DNA from: an uncultured Fibrobacter sp.
Lineage (GTDB): Bacteria > Fibrobacterota > Chitinivibrionia > Chitinivibrionales > Chitinispirillaceae
NCBI GenBank assembly: GCA_964390065.1
Contig: CAYMGX010000026.1
Span: forward strand, 4,453-36,452
DNA length: 32,000 bases
Direction: 5' to 3'
This document shows positions 6,711 through 15,248 of this stretch, one piece after another. Both the position numbers and the translations under genes were made by a program. Numbering within the stretch: position 1 is the first letter of the stretch; the number at the start of each line of letters is the position of its first letter. The notes under the pieces are model-generated. The model was not told the DNA's origin and made no database searches. It saw only the letters and a list, made by a program, of their open reading frames with translations.

Positions 6711-8116
6711 ATTTCCTTAGTGTAGTTAAATACTTCTCCAGGTGTTGGATAATATACATTCTTAAAACCTTTACTCCGTAATCCATCTTTAAGAGGCAAT
6801 GCCTGATCCGGTTCACCATGGATGAGAAATATATGCTTAAGTCGCTGCGGCGAATTCAGTGCGACATAATCCAGCAGATCACGACGATCTGCGTGAGCAC
6901 TGAATGCATCAAGCATAGCAACACGTGCTTTCACTGTATGCTCTTCACCAAAGATCTTTACATTATACTCTCCATCCATGATCTTTCTTGCCAGAGTTTC
7001 CTTTGCGGCAAAGCCTACAAAAAGGATCAGGTTTTTCGGATTCTCGATATTATTGCGCAGGTGATGCAGAATACGGCCACCTTCAGCCATACCGCTTCCG
7101 CTTATAATTATATGGGGAAATGCCATGGAATTAAGTTTCTTTGATCCCTCAACGTCGCGGATGTAAACCAGCCGTCTGAACCCGAACGGGTCTTCGTGAT
7201 CATGCAGGAACACACGTTTAGCCTCTCTGTCAAGAACATCGGGATACTTTCTGTAAATCTCTGTCGCTTCACATGCAAGAGGACTGTCAACAAAAACCGG
7301 CATGTCTGGAATGCGGTTCTGATTAAACAGCTTGTGAAGTACATACACCATAAGCTGTGTACGACCCACAGCAAATGACGGTATTATCACCTTACCGCCG
7401 GTTGCAGCGGTAGTACGCACGATCTCTGCAACCTTTTCCTCGACATCATCGTAACTCTCGTGAAGACGGTTGCCATAGGTTGACTCCATGACAAGAAGGT
7501 CCAGTTCACGAAGAACGTTTGGATCTCTTGTAATCGGCATATTTGGCCGGCCGATGTCACCTGTCAACCCAAGTTTGAAGGTATGTCCGGACTCGGTTAT
7601 CTCCATATGTAATCCAGCAGAACCAAGGATATGACCGCTGTCACGAAACATTACCTCAACATCAGGTGCAATTGTAAACGGCTTATCATAATCAATACCG
7701 ACAAAATGATCCATTGTTGCTTCAACATCTTCGATCGTATAAAGCGGCTGCATTACCTCCTGATGCTGACGCTGGCGGATCTTATTGACCCACTCAAGAT
7801 CTTTCATTTGAAGATAGGCGCTGTCGCGCAGCATAATTTTACATAAATCAATTGTAGCCGGTGTCGCATAGATTGATCCACGAAAACCATTCTTGATCAG
7901 GTTGGGAAGATTTCCGCTGTGGTCGATATGTGCATGGCTAAGAATCACGGAATCCAGTGTCGACGGATCAAACGGAAAATTGAGGTTTTTGTTGTATGCC
8001 TCCTGACGACGTCCCTGGAATAGACCACATTCAAAAAGGATCTTTTTCCCGTTAACTGTGATAACGACTTGTGAACCAGTAACAGTCTGAGCTGCACCGT
8101 GAAATTGAAGCTGCAT
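6704..8116 (-). CDS. Metallo-beta-lactamase fold, beta-CASP family nuclease (RNase J / CPSF73-like)
   Basis: N-terminal MQLQFHGAAQTVTGS and MBL motif 2 SHAHIDHSG. Length (~470 aa) and the C-terminal FSAHADRRDLLDY ... IFLIHGEP are typical of beta-CASP RNA-metabolising MBLs. Start chosen at ATG 8116, preceded by GGGAGG at 4-nt spacing. The ORF-track start at 8143 is a TTG. Confidence 0.85.
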   Translation of the reverse strand: MQLQFHGAAQTVTGSQVVITVNGKKILFECGLFQGRRQEAYNKNLNFPFDPSTLDSVILSHAHIDHSGNLPNLIKNGFRGSIYATPATIDLCKIMLRDSAYLQMKDLEWVNKIRQRQHQEVMQPLYTIEDVEATMDHFVGIDYDKPFTIAPDVEVMFRDSGHILGSAGLHMEITESGHTFKLGLTGDIGRPNMPITRDPNVLRELDLLVMESTYGNRLHESYDDVEEKVAEIVRTTAATGGKVIIPSFAVGRTQLMVYVLHKLFNQNRIPDMPVFVDSPLACEATEIYRKYPDVLDREAKRVFLHDHEDPFGFRRLVYIRDVEGSKKLNSMAFPHIIISGSGMAEGGRILHHLRNNIENPKNLILFVGFAAKETLARKIMDGEYNVKIFGEEHTVKARVAMLDAFSAHADRRDLLDYVALNSPQRLKHIFLIHGEPDQALPLKDGLRSKGFKNVYYPTPGEVFNYTKEMW

Positions 8117-8207
8117 ACGACCTCCCTGTGAAAAATCACACAATAGGCCGAAAGTCTCAGTGGCAGGTGTATCTCATGAAAAAGAACGCAGGTGATGATG
8201 GATGGTC

Positions 8208-8261
8208 AAACGTTTTAACTGAAACTGACCTTACTTAATATTAGCTGGCTTAAACGTTTTA
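8208..8261. promoter_or_regulatory. Two copies of AAACGTTTTA (each containing the palindrome AAACGTTT) in the divergent promoter region
   Basis: AAACGTTTTA at 8208-8217 and again at 8252-8261, 44 bp apart (about 4 helical turns). They lie in the 312-nt spacer between the beta-CASP operon (minus) and the kinase operon (plus). Confidence 0.25.
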
Positions 8262-8304
8262 GTCAAGTTTTTTTTAAAGGACAGGCCGTACCGGAATTTT
8301 ACTA

Positions 8305-8334
8305 TAGACACACGCCCCACCGAATCCTTATAAT
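8305..8334 (+). promoter_or_regulatory. Putative sigma70-type promoter of the kinase operon
   Basis: TAGACA (8305-8310), 18-nt spacer, perfect TATAAT (8329-8334), about 95 nt upstream of ATG 8429. Confidence 0.3.
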
Positions 8335-8428
8335 TAAAATAGGACTTCTATTTTTAAAAACTTAGCAGTATTTAGAGGGTATTTCCAATCAAGTGGGATC
8401 CGCTCATAATTAGGTACGGAAAAGAACT

Positions 8429-9352
8429 ATGGCAGACATAAAAGAAAACAAAGGCAGTTTGAAACAATTTGAACCAGCCGCGTTTATCGGTAAAGAGTTT
8501 GGAAATATTACGCTCATGAGCATGATTGGTAAAGGAGCAATGGGTGCGGTTTTTATCGGATTTCAGAAATCTCTCAAACGTAAAGTCGCTGTCAAACTTT
8601 TTCCAAAAGCATTACCGGAAAGTACAACAATGAAACTGCGATTTAGAGATGAGGCAGAAACAGTTGCAGTACTTAATCACCCTAATATCGTTCCGGTTTA
8701 CGATATGGGTGAAACCGAAGATTTACTTTACATTGTCATGCAGCTGATTCAAGGAGAAGACCTCCGCGCATTCATTCATCGTCATCAATTACACCCGGTA
8801 CCATCAATGCGTGGTGTTCCTTTGAAAACCGGACTTGCACTAATGCTGCCAATACTTGACGCGTTACGATTTGCTCATAATGATGGTGTTATTCATCGTG
8901 ATATAAAACCAGCCAATGTCATTATTGACACAAAGCAAAGCAGACCCTTTCTTGCAGATTTTGGTATCGCAAGCACGCAACATTCCGAAAATGATGCAAC
9001 TGACACCATTCTGGGAACTCCTTTGTATATTGCCCCGGAACAGGCATGGGGTCATCACGTTGACAAAAGAGCAGATATCTATTCTGCCGGTCTTGTACTC
9101 TATGAATTAGCTGCGGGAAAATTACCATTAAGTAAGAAAACACTTGCAGAAGTTATTCGATTAAAAATGTATTCCCCTGAATTACTTTTTTCCTGCCCAC
9201 CATCAGCAGCCAACCCTCAGATTGACAAACCACTTGAAGATATCATTCTTCGCGCAATTGAACCGGAAGTCGATAAAAGGTATCAAAACTGTACAATATT
9301 CCTTGATGAGCTTACTGCATACTTAAATAATCGAAACACGGGCATATCATAA
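8429..9352 (+). CDS. Hanks-type Ser/Thr protein kinase (catalytic domain only, no TM or sensor domain)
   Basis: Gly-rich loop GKGAMGAV, VAVKL lysine, catalytic loop HRDIKPANV, DFG (LADFGIA), GTPLYIAPE. 307 aa. The stop overlaps the next start (TAATG). Confidence 0.9.
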   Translation: MADIKENKGSLKQFEPAAFIGKEFGNITLMSMIGKGAMGAVFIGFQKSLKRKVAVKLFPKALPESTTMKLRFRDEAETVAVLNHPNIVPVYDMGETEDLLYIVMQLIQGEDLRAFIHRHQLHPVPSMRGVPLKTGLALMLPILDALRFAHNDGVIHRDIKPANVIIDTKQSRPFLADFGIASTQHSENDATDTILGTPLYIAPEQAWGHHVDKRADIYSAGLVLYELAAGKLPLSKKTLAEVIRLKMYSPELLFSCPPSAANPQIDKPLEDIILRAIEPEVDKRYQNCTIFLDELTAYLNNRNTGIS

Positions 9353-11457
9353 TGAGTACAAACGGGCTGACACAAAAGGACGCTGAACAGATTATCCGGA
9401 TGTTTAATGTCGGATTCAACAGTGCATTACTCTATGGTGGAGCTCATCCTACGACATTAAAAAACACTGAGCCCTTTATAGCCCAGATTATGAAATCGCT
9501 CGACCTGTCACCCATAATTTCACTTATTATTGACAGGGAAAGCCTCTTCCTTGATGACGTATGTGCGGACAGGATTATTAACCCCAAAAGAATTATCAGT
9601 CAATTTACAAAAATAAAGATCGTTTCGGTCAGTTTTGAACGGGGAATAACACAACAGAGTATTCAGGAGTTTTTCAAACTTGCCGGTGATATGAATCTGA
9701 ACTATAATGCCGAGCAGATTGAGTCGCATTTTAAAGCATCAGGATTGCAGGGATTACGCCTTAACCATGTGCGCTATGGTAAGATTACCTCTGATGAAAC
9801 CCTGATTTCACGTGATACAGCTTCCCTTCTTGATCAATCCCTGCAGGGAGACCGGCATCCCGTAGTTGATCAGCAAACACTTGACGAAATTCAAAAGGTT
9901 ATTTCTCTTGCGAAAACGCTTGACAGGCCAAAAGAATCTGCACAGACTCTTGCACAGACCATCATCTATGACAAAACAGGAGATGCATCAGTATCATCAA
10001 TTGAAGCAATGCGCCGGGAAGTCCGCGATGCTGATGCACAATCTGTTGATACGCTGCTTAACGCTGTACTTGAACTGAAAGTTAATTTATCTGAGGCGCT
10101 TGAAGCACATAAACTTACCGGTAAAATTCTGGCTGCTGCAGAACCTGCACAAAAGGAAATGGATAAATTAACCTGTGATGTTCTCGCCAGATTAATTCGT
10201 GAGGAATACTCAAAAGGTGCGATTTCCACCAAACGCCTCGCACAGATTGTTCGCAGAATGCTGCCGGATCTTTCCGAGTTGAAACGGGTTTTGCCAATGC
10301 TGAAAAATATGCTTATTGAGGATGGTATGTCGCTTGGAGATTATCTGCTGCTTGTTCGTTCAATTGACATGGAAGTAGAAAATGATTCCATCTCCGAGCT
10401 CATCTCCGATGCAGCATCCGGTATTGGTGCATCAACAGATGACGTTGTAAAAGCAATTAAAGCAAATCCATCTGAGGCTGCTAAGCTCATGTTTCTGGCA
10501 TCAGAAATAAACAATGGCACAAATCAGGATGATGCCCAGTTATCAGCAGTGCTCTGCGAGTATGTAGAAAAAGTAAGTTCCAGTATTGCCCTTGAATCAA
10601 AAGAAATTCAGGGTCCTCAGGGAAACAGGGCTCTTGGTAAAATCATTACTCATGTCGAGTCTCAGCTTGTTGACAAATTAAAATCATACGGCATTGACGA
10701 ACCCGTATTATTGAGAATCAAACAAATGCTTGAGCAGCGCTACCAGCAGACCTGCTCAAGCGCAACGGCCATGTGGGTGGCTGAAAACATTCCGATTGAC
10801 AAAGAACATGAAATCCAGAACCTGGCAGAACGGTTAAATGCATTTCTTGGTCAGGAACAATCGATTCAAAAGATCAGCGAACCTCTTATTGTATCGCTGC
10901 GGGCAAAAGGTTACAATCAGGAACAGATAGCTGCATTTGTCCAGCAGCTATCAAAATATATTGATTCAAAAAAGAAATTTTCAGTTCCTGCAGAGATCCT
11001 CTCTACAAATAATATGTTATTTATGCTCAACCGGGAAATTAAGCAACACATCCGATACAACACACCATTCTCCACACTTTTGATCTCAATTATCACAATC
11101 CGTAAACCACCATCATCAAATCCTGAACGACCATCACCGGATGCGCTTCAGGAATTAACACCTCAGCTCTTTTCATTTGTTAAAACTTCCCTTAGAGACA
11201 TTGACCTTGTTGGATCGTTGAATAACAAGGATGGTGTTATACTGGCACTATTGACCATGACAAATCTGGACGGTGCCAATGTTGTAGTACACCGTATGAG
11301 AAGTGCTATGTGTTCGACAGGTTTTTCATTGCAGGGAGAAACGGTTTACATCGACCCGGTAATATCAATTACAATTCCGGAAAAAGAGGTCACCAAAGAT
11401 CTTAATTCCTACCTTGATGTCGCCAAAAATAACCATAAAAAACAGTTTGATACATAA
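9352..11457 (+). CDS. 701-aa cytoplasmic protein of unknown function with a C-terminal degenerate GGDEF-like domain
   Basis: A long uninterrupted ORF translationally coupled to the kinase. The last ~170 aa align by eye to the GGDEF fold: NREIKQHIRYNTPFSTLLISI..., LRDIDLVGSLNNKDGVILALLTMTNLDGANVVVHRMRSAM, VISITI. The GG(D/E)EF signature is replaced by NNKDG and the upstream metal-binding D/FKxxND segment is absent. The N-terminal ALLYGGAHPTT region resembles regulatory N-termini seen on some c-di-GMP proteins, but that is a weak recollection. Confidence 0.6.
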   Translation: MSTNGLTQKDAEQIIRMFNVGFNSALLYGGAHPTTLKNTEPFIAQIMKSLDLSPIISLIIDRESLFLDDVCADRIINPKRIISQFTKIKIVSVSFERGITQQSIQEFFKLAGDMNLNYNAEQIESHFKASGLQGLRLNHVRYGKITSDETLISRDTASLLDQSLQGDRHPVVDQQTLDEIQKVISLAKTLDRPKESAQTLAQTIIYDKTGDASVSSIEAMRREVRDADAQSVDTLLNAVLELKVNLSEALEAHKLTGKILAAAEPAQKEMDKLTCDVLARLIREEYSKGAISTKRLAQIVRRMLPDLSELKRVLPMLKNMLIEDGMSLGDYLLLVRSIDMEVENDSISELISDAASGIGASTDDVVKAIKANPSEAAKLMFLASEINNGTNQDDAQLSAVLCEYVEKVSSSIALESKEIQGPQGNRALGKIITHVESQLVDKLKSYGIDEPVLLRIKQMLEQRYQQTCSSATAMWVAENIPIDKEHEIQNLAERLNAFLGQEQSIQKISEPLIVSLRAKGYNQEQIAAFVQQLSKYIDSKKKFSVPAEILSTNNMLFMLNREIKQHIRYNTPFSTLLISIITIRKPPSSNPERPSPDALQELTPQLFSFVKTSLRDIDLVGSLNNKDGVILALLTMTNLDGANVVVHRMRSAMCSTGFSLQGETVYIDPVISITIPEKEVTKDLNSYLDVAKNNHKKQFDT

Positions 11458-11667
11458 CGCCAATGAATTCAATACGATATTATGCTGTAAAAAGCCATCT
11501 TTCTTTGCCCTGTAAAGAGCCCTGAAATATATTTATAACATAAAAACAACAGACTGATTTAGCTACAGGAAGAAATGCACGGTATCTCCACTAAGCAATA
11601 AGTGTCAGTTGTTTTTCAGATTTATTCATTGTGTGGACTCTTTGCAAACCTTAATAACTGCACACCG

Positions 11668-13476
11668 ATGGAGTCACAAGTAAATTCTTATATGACAACA
11701 GAACTTTCAACAGCTGCAACTATGACTACAGATCCAGAGGGACTTTCTATTGATGAAATAATCGACAGAGCCCTTGTATACTGTAACAATCTGCCTCATA
11801 GCTGCAATGCCTATATCAATCAGATTAAAGATTTAAAAAGCAGACTCGCCCGCGGACGACTTCATCTTGCGGTCCTTGGACAATTCAACAGAGGCAAAAG
11901 TACATTTCTCAATGCGATTACCGGTCTTGATGTTCTTCCGACATCGGTACTGCCAAGTACTTCGGTACCGACGATCATTGCTTATGGCAAAGAGCTCTCA
12001 TGCTGTGTACATTTCCTTGACTCCAAACCGCCCCTTTTCGTGCGTCAGTCAGCAGATGCAATTCGTGAAACGCTGACAAAATATGTTGCCGAGGAAAATA
12101 ATCCAAACAATCAGCTTTGTGTGAAAGAGGTCGAGGTAACAACACCCAGCCCGCTGCTTGAAAACGGCACCGTACTTCTTGACACACCAGGTTTCGGTTC
12201 AACGCACGTTCACAATACAAGAACAGCACTTACGGTTCTTACAGAATGTGATGCAGCAATATTCCTTCTTAGTGCAGATCCACCTCTGACACAGACAGAG
12301 CTGGAATTTCTCAAGCAGGTAAATCTTTACGTACCAAGAATATTCTTTGCCGTAAACAAAATTGACTTACTGTCACATAATGAACTTGCAGCGATTGATG
12401 CATTCATAACCAACATTCTTGTAATGCAGATGAAATACCCGGCCGATCTTAAACTCTTTCATATTTGTGCCCGTAAAGGAGCACTGGCAAAGGGTGATTT
12501 TCAAACCAGCAACTGGATTGCAAGTGGAATCAATGAGATCAAAACGGAAGTACTTGATTTCATGATCCGTGAAAAATACTTCACACTTTCCGAAGCGCTC
12601 AATGATAAATTCAAGGAATCAATTAATATTATTGAGCAGAAGATCCTTGAAGAGATCAATGACTACAAAGATCCTCTCAGTAAAATTAAAAGCGAATACT
12701 CAGTCATTGCAGATCAGAACATGCAACTGAAGAAAGTTACAGAAAAGGAAATCTCACTGATTGCTGTTGAAGAAAATGCTGTATTAAAATATCTTGACGG
12801 CCATTTAAACGCCGTTAAAGAATCGCTCTCAAAAGAATTGACAAATGAATTTTCATTAATTGTTAAAAAATACAAGATTTCTGGAAAAAACATACAATCG
12901 GTCGCGTCAATGTTTTCCAATCTTGCTTCCGAGAAACTGCGCAGATTGTATGCTGCTACGATCAACAATTGCAATAAACCTATTCGTAAAGCAGTACAGA
13001 TACACCATCACGAGTTTGCAACCATCATCGAAAACAGCAAGTCACTGCTCGGCGAAAAGCCATCAGTTTCAGTCTTGTCAATTGAAAAAATTGACCAGTG
13101 TGAAATGGACTCACAACAGTGGAACCCCACGACGGTACTCGAATTTCAACTCACATCACAATGGAATGATTTCTTTAAAAGTAACACAACCCTGCAATAC
13201 GATCTTATACGTCAATTCAATGCTACAATCGAAGCGTATATTCCACAGCAGGTTGAATCACTCAGCCAGACAATTCGCAAACAGATTCATGATGCATTCA
13301 TGAAGGTTCGTGCGATGCTTGAACGTGATTATGGTTCACTTGTAAAGATTCTTGATGAATCCCTGAAAAAGAAAAATGCAGCAATGCAGGAACGTCTCAA
13401 CATTCATGGTTCCAGAGCTGTTGAACTTCAGCAGAAAATTGAACAGTTCAGTTCCATTAAAAAATACCTGCGCTAA
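11668..13476 (+). CDS. Bacterial dynamin-like GTPase (dynamin family protein)
   Basis: G1 P-loop GQFNRGKST, G3 LLDTPGFGS, G4 AVNKID, followed by a ~400-aa helical stalk-like region. Start uncertain: ATG 11668 is preferred over the GTG at 11602 in the ORF track, ATG 11692 is also possible, and none has a clear SD. Confidence 0.85.
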   Translation: MESQVNSYMTTELSTAATMTTDPEGLSIDEIIDRALVYCNNLPHSCNAYINQIKDLKSRLARGRLHLAVLGQFNRGKSTFLNAITGLDVLPTSVLPSTSVPTIIAYGKELSCCVHFLDSKPPLFVRQSADAIRETLTKYVAEENNPNNQLCVKEVEVTTPSPLLENGTVLLDTPGFGSTHVHNTRTALTVLTECDAAIFLLSADPPLTQTELEFLKQVNLYVPRIFFAVNKIDLLSHNELAAIDAFITNILVMQMKYPADLKLFHICARKGALAKGDFQTSNWIASGINEIKTEVLDFMIREKYFTLSEALNDKFKESINIIEQKILEEINDYKDPLSKIKSEYSVIADQNMQLKKVTEKEISLIAVEENAVLKYLDGHLNAVKESLSKELTNEFSLIVKKYKISGKNIQSVASMFSNLASEKLRRLYAATINNCNKPIRKAVQIHHHEFATIIENSKSLLGEKPSVSVLSIEKIDQCEMDSQQWNPTTVLEFQLTSQWNDFFKSNTTLQYDLIRQFNATIEAYIPQQVESLSQTIRKQIHDAFMKVRAMLERDYGSLVKILDESLKKKNAAMQERLNIHGSRAVELQQKIEQFSSIKKYLR

Positions 13477-13511
13477 TTACGGGTGAAAATTACAGACGCG
13501 TTAAAACCTGC

Positions 13512-13694
13512 TCACTCTGTAAAGAAACGTGTTAACCAGGGGAGAAAAACATCACCTACACCAAAAAGTATCAAAATCAGTTCAAAGATAAGCACAATTG
13601 CGGCAATCAGAAAAAGCCATGTAAAAAAATGAACCACGCCATTACGCACACGTTTATGCCTGTTGCTGATTAATAATCTGCTGCATACAAGCAT
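13512..13694 (-). CDS. Tentative 60-aa small membrane protein
   Basis: ATG start. A basic N-terminus (NRHKRVRN) is followed by one or two hydrophobic helices (FFTWLFLIAAIVLIFELILILFGVG). It lies 17 nt downstream of the LysM gene on the same strand. I recognise no family. Confidence 0.35.
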   Translation of the reverse strand: MLVCSRLLISNRHKRVRNGVVHFFTWLFLIAAIVLIFELILILFGVGDVFLPWLTRFFTE

Positions 13695-13711
13695 GAACCA
13701 TCTAAATAGCC

Positions 13712-14932
13712 TCAGTTTTTACCTCCACCTTTAAATACTGTTCTTCTGAAAAGAATACCCTTATCACCCGGGTTTAATTTATTATCAGACATTTTGATTA
13801 TCGTTAGTGATGATGTCGTCGTTTGTACTTTAGCGGTGTAGCCGGTCATGGCAACATCCCTGGACATAACACCGTCTTTCACACGGTACATCGCAAAAAC
13901 ATCACCAACGTTCACTCCATCCTGAGATCCTTTATCGATAATAAGCGTCTGGAAAGCGTAGGGACTTTCAGTCTCTTCTGCCCTGGTAATCAGTGTCGCC
14001 TGAATGGATATATCGGGAGCTACCAGAGTATCAATTTCCTGACTTTTGAGCGGTTCCGCTTTCATAAGGTGTTCACCGCCCACAACTTTATCATACACTT
14101 TATAAAGCTGCCCGGATGCCCTGCTCTTCTCAACCGATGTAAGCTTTATGGAGCCAACACATTTTATCAGATTGGCCCGGGTTTTATTGCGCTCAACTAT
14201 CCGAAAATAATTGTAGATATCGACAGAGTCACCAACTTTATATAATTCATTGTTTCTGATCGTAAGTGTAACTTTATCATAGAGCTGGTACATCGCATTC
14301 TCAGGGGGGGCATTTACAACTGATTCACCCGGCATCAAAACGCCTGAATTATTCCGTGTAAACCACAAAAATGGTACTGCTTTAAAAAAACTGCCGCCCA
14401 GATGATCCTTTGACCGGATAATTGACAATAGCATCGAATCGGTATTAGTACTACTTTTGGTTATAGTCTCTTTTTGTGATGATGTCGTATTAAAAAGCTC
14501 TGCTGTCTTTGATGTAAACCCGGGATTGATTTGTCCGGGCACTTGTGAACCTGATGCCACATTACCTGAACTACTTGCAGATGTGTAAGGAGAATCTCCA
14601 CGTCCGGGAATTTTTAACAAATCCCCCGGATAAATAAGATCCGGATTTTTTATGTAGGTGTTGTTCTGCCAGATCAACGGCCATTGAAATGGATTCCCTA
14701 AAAACGTAAATGCAAGATTCCACAAACAATCACCCTTCTTAATAACATAGTCAGTTGTCTGACCATCATACGATACCGCAGGTACCTGAACTTCATTTTG
14801 AACAGGTTTAGTCTCTGATTCAAAACCCCAATCGTCCACAGCAGATCCCTGCGCGCAAATAGTTTGCGGCATCCGGCAAATCAATACCGTAATGAATACG
14901 GCAATATTGGATATACAGATTTTTTTTGTCAT
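13712..14932 (-). CDS. Secreted LysM domain protein
   Basis: N-terminal signal-like segment ISNIAVFITVLICRMPQTICAQG. LysM motif YVIKKGDCLWNLAFTFLGNPFQWPLIWQNNTYIKNPDLIYPGDLLKIP. The remaining ~290 aa are unassigned. Confidence 0.8.
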   Translation of the reverse strand: MTKKICISNIAVFITVLICRMPQTICAQGSAVDDWGFESETKPVQNEVQVPAVSYDGQTTDYVIKKGDCLWNLAFTFLGNPFQWPLIWQNNTYIKNPDLIYPGDLLKIPGRGDSPYTSASSSGNVASGSQVPGQINPGFTSKTAELFNTTSSQKETITKSSTNTDSMLLSIIRSKDHLGGSFFKAVPFLWFTRNNSGVLMPGESVVNAPPENAMYQLYDKVTLTIRNNELYKVGDSVDIYNYFRIVERNKTRANLIKCVGSIKLTSVEKSRASGQLYKVYDKVVGGEHLMKAEPLKSQEIDTLVAPDISIQATLITRAEETESPYAFQTLIIDKGSQDGVNVGDVFAMYRVKDGVMSRDVAMTGYTAKVQTTTSSLTIIKMSDNKLNPGDKGILFRRTVFKGGGKN

Positions 14933-15248
14933 ACCACTTAATGATATAACTCCGGAAAAAAACTGTCAATGCATGTATATTATTTTATTGCAGTGAATAT
15001 TGACTGAATATGATGCATAAGTTATTTATAAGAGATTTAAACCGGATGTTTTTATACGATTACCTTTGGTCTACTTATCTATCATACACTATCACCATGG
15101 ACATGCCACCTTTCAGGTACACTGCGGGTCTGTAAAGTAATTCAGGGGAGGTGCCCGGCCTTGTTTCCATGAAACTTCCATGTACCGGAAACCGCAGGTA
15201 TCAAAAATAGTAAAGTACTACTAATTTACACATAATAAGGATTGACAT

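Noticed and set aside
15093-15202. Cluster of CCATG/CATGG repeats and the complementary segments GGTAC..CTGCGG / GTACC..CCGCAG upstream of argJ. Considered as an attenuator, a riboswitch or an ArgR operator.
   Set aside because: The complementary blocks are not in nested order, so there is no simple hairpin. No terminator-like stem plus U-tract is present, and I could not match an ARG box. The evidence is insufficient.
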